This document shows, in pieces, positions 62,340-64,000 of a stretch of 64,000 nt of DNA. The notes under the pieces were generated by a model. That model ran no database searches. It saw only the letters and a program-made list of their open reading frames with translations, and was not told the DNA's origin. The stretch comes from Antedon mediterranea (taxonomy: Eukaryota; Animalia; Echinodermata): positions 1,793,812 to 1,857,811 of the forward strand of contig NC_092675.1 in the NCBI RefSeq assembly GCF_964355755.1, read 5' to 3'. Each line of letters opens with the position of its first letter. The first letter of the stretch is position 1. The position numbers and the translations under genes are program-made.

Positions 62340-64000
62340 TTAGGATTTCCTGTAAGGCCAGCTCCGAGCTTTACATTTTTATTGTTTATTATAAAATATA
62401 AAAGTTTGACCCCACTTATTTTTCAACAAAGGTGAAGCAGAATGATACCTTTTCTTTTAATAAACAAAATATAGGAGAATTGTTTAATTCTAAAGGTTGG
62501 CTTGAGTCTGAATGTTGAATAAGGCCAGGGCCACAGACTATGTATAAGTAAACATGGAAAACACAAATATGTGTTTGTTAGTGTAATAATCAATTATTTT
62601 CAGATAGCTTTACATTTCATTTTTTTTTTCTTTTTTCACATCTTCGATAACACTGACAGTTGAAAATTATATCATTCTTTTGGACCTATAACGACATTAT
62701 ACTTTAGCATTGTTATATATTTTAAGACAATTTATTTGATTAAAAATATCTGTATGATACAGTCTAATGAGTGCTTTTGTAGTAACAATGTGTACCCTCT
62801 TACCAGTAATAGTTTCGTTACACAATATTCAATACAAAATGATTATTGTATTACTGAGAACATTTTACATAGATCAGTGTATAATTGATAAAAGTTTCAG
62901 TATCGGAAACAATATTTCGCGAACCATTTTTTGTTGCGACCCAAACATCGCAAGAAGAGGGCAATATTTGTTTCTATCGCAAAAACAATGTGGAGATTAT
63001 ACTTGGGTGGTACGGGCAAAGAAGAAATTCATTCCTACAAAAAAAGTTGCGTAACAAAGTATCAGCTGAAATGAAATAATAAAGGACTTAGATTAAGTAC
63101 ACGATATCATTTTCATTTTATTTTTATAAGTCTATAAAAGATTAAAATGAAATTTTACCATTAGTATTGGTATTATAGTACATGTAATTGTAAACATCAG
63201 GTTAATTTTTTGAAATTGATTTTTCTTGTAACAAAAGGAAAAAGTTTATTTAATCATTTTGATGAATAGACGATATTGCAATTTGAATTCGGTTATAATA
63301 TAATATGCCAAAAGTGTTGCATTTAATATGCACATAACTATAATAAATTACAGTATTATAACATCCACAAATATACTAGAATTAGAAATACATATTAAAA
63401 TATATAATATTTAGAGTGATTAATAGATGTTTGATTGTTATTACATAGTTGATTAAAGTTTTCATAATATAAATAAACGCGTATAAGCTATATTTATCAT
63501 TTGAAGTTCACTATCGTTAGGGTAAGGTTGTCAAGTTAATCAAGAAGCACAATGTCATTCATCAGTGTTTTTGTAACGATTTCTGTTATCCAAATATTAG
63601 CATTTTGTAACGGTGCGTATTTACTTATTTCTTTCTTTGATAATTACTTTTTTTATACTTAATTTCGACAGTTTATAAATATAAAATTCTATACTGAACC
63701 ACAGATGACATTAGTTAAGAGGTATCTGAACGTACCTTGGCATAGCAACAATAGCAGTATAATACCCCTTTCACACCAAAAACAACACTCCGGAGACCTC
63801 CGGATTTTTGGCCTGAAAGAGATACAACAAGTATCAATATCTACAAGTTTGCAATGAAAGTGTACGACTATTCCACACCCCTTTCTCGATTCCTGTGCCA
63901 TATCACTTAATCTTCAGTGGCTAGATTAATCAATGTAACAATTAAAAGAGGATAATCGGCTGAAATATTTTGTTTTTGTAATTTAAAGGTAAATCTCCTC

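Noticed and set aside
63689-63901. 70-aa Cys-rich minus-strand ORF at the window end
   Set aside because: No recognisable domain and no consistent splice sites; may be a decayed retroelement or a gene fragment, but unsupported.

Overview
AT-rich, intron-rich animal genomic DNA with GT-AG spliceosomal introns. It is probably an invertebrate deuterostome (inferred from Deu-domain-like SINE fragments and vertebrate-like gene structures; not proven). Five protein-coding genes were read by manual exon assembly: the last coding exon of FARSA (+), an intronless RASD/Rhes-family small GTPase (+), a complete 24-exon HACE1 ankyrin-HECT E3 ligase (+), a 10-exon FYB/ADAP-like adaptor (-) and an 11-exon MFSD14/HIAT1 transporter (+). 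Non-coding space is dense with non-autonomous elements: about 19 copies of one palindromic Harbinger-type MITE, further MITE families, nested Mutator-like foldback elements, 5S- and tRNA-derived SINEs, LINE fragments, hammerhead-like motifs of the Penelope type, and minisatellites. No CRISPR array or prokaryotic system is present. The most notable observations are: (1) an in-frame, stop-free triplication of a HACE1 exon end plus its splice donor, echoed by a donor-seeded minisatellite in FYB; (2) a 3.5-kb TIR element carrying a hairpin satellite and a highly structured tRNA-headed Pol III-like unit, lodged between the head-to-head FYB and MFSD14 starts; (3) an inverted pair of minimal hammerhead-like motifs; (4) a 5S-derived SINE; and (5) a minisatellite caught next to its single-copy ancestor. 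All coordinates and homology calls are from manual reading and recalled protein sequences; no searches were run.
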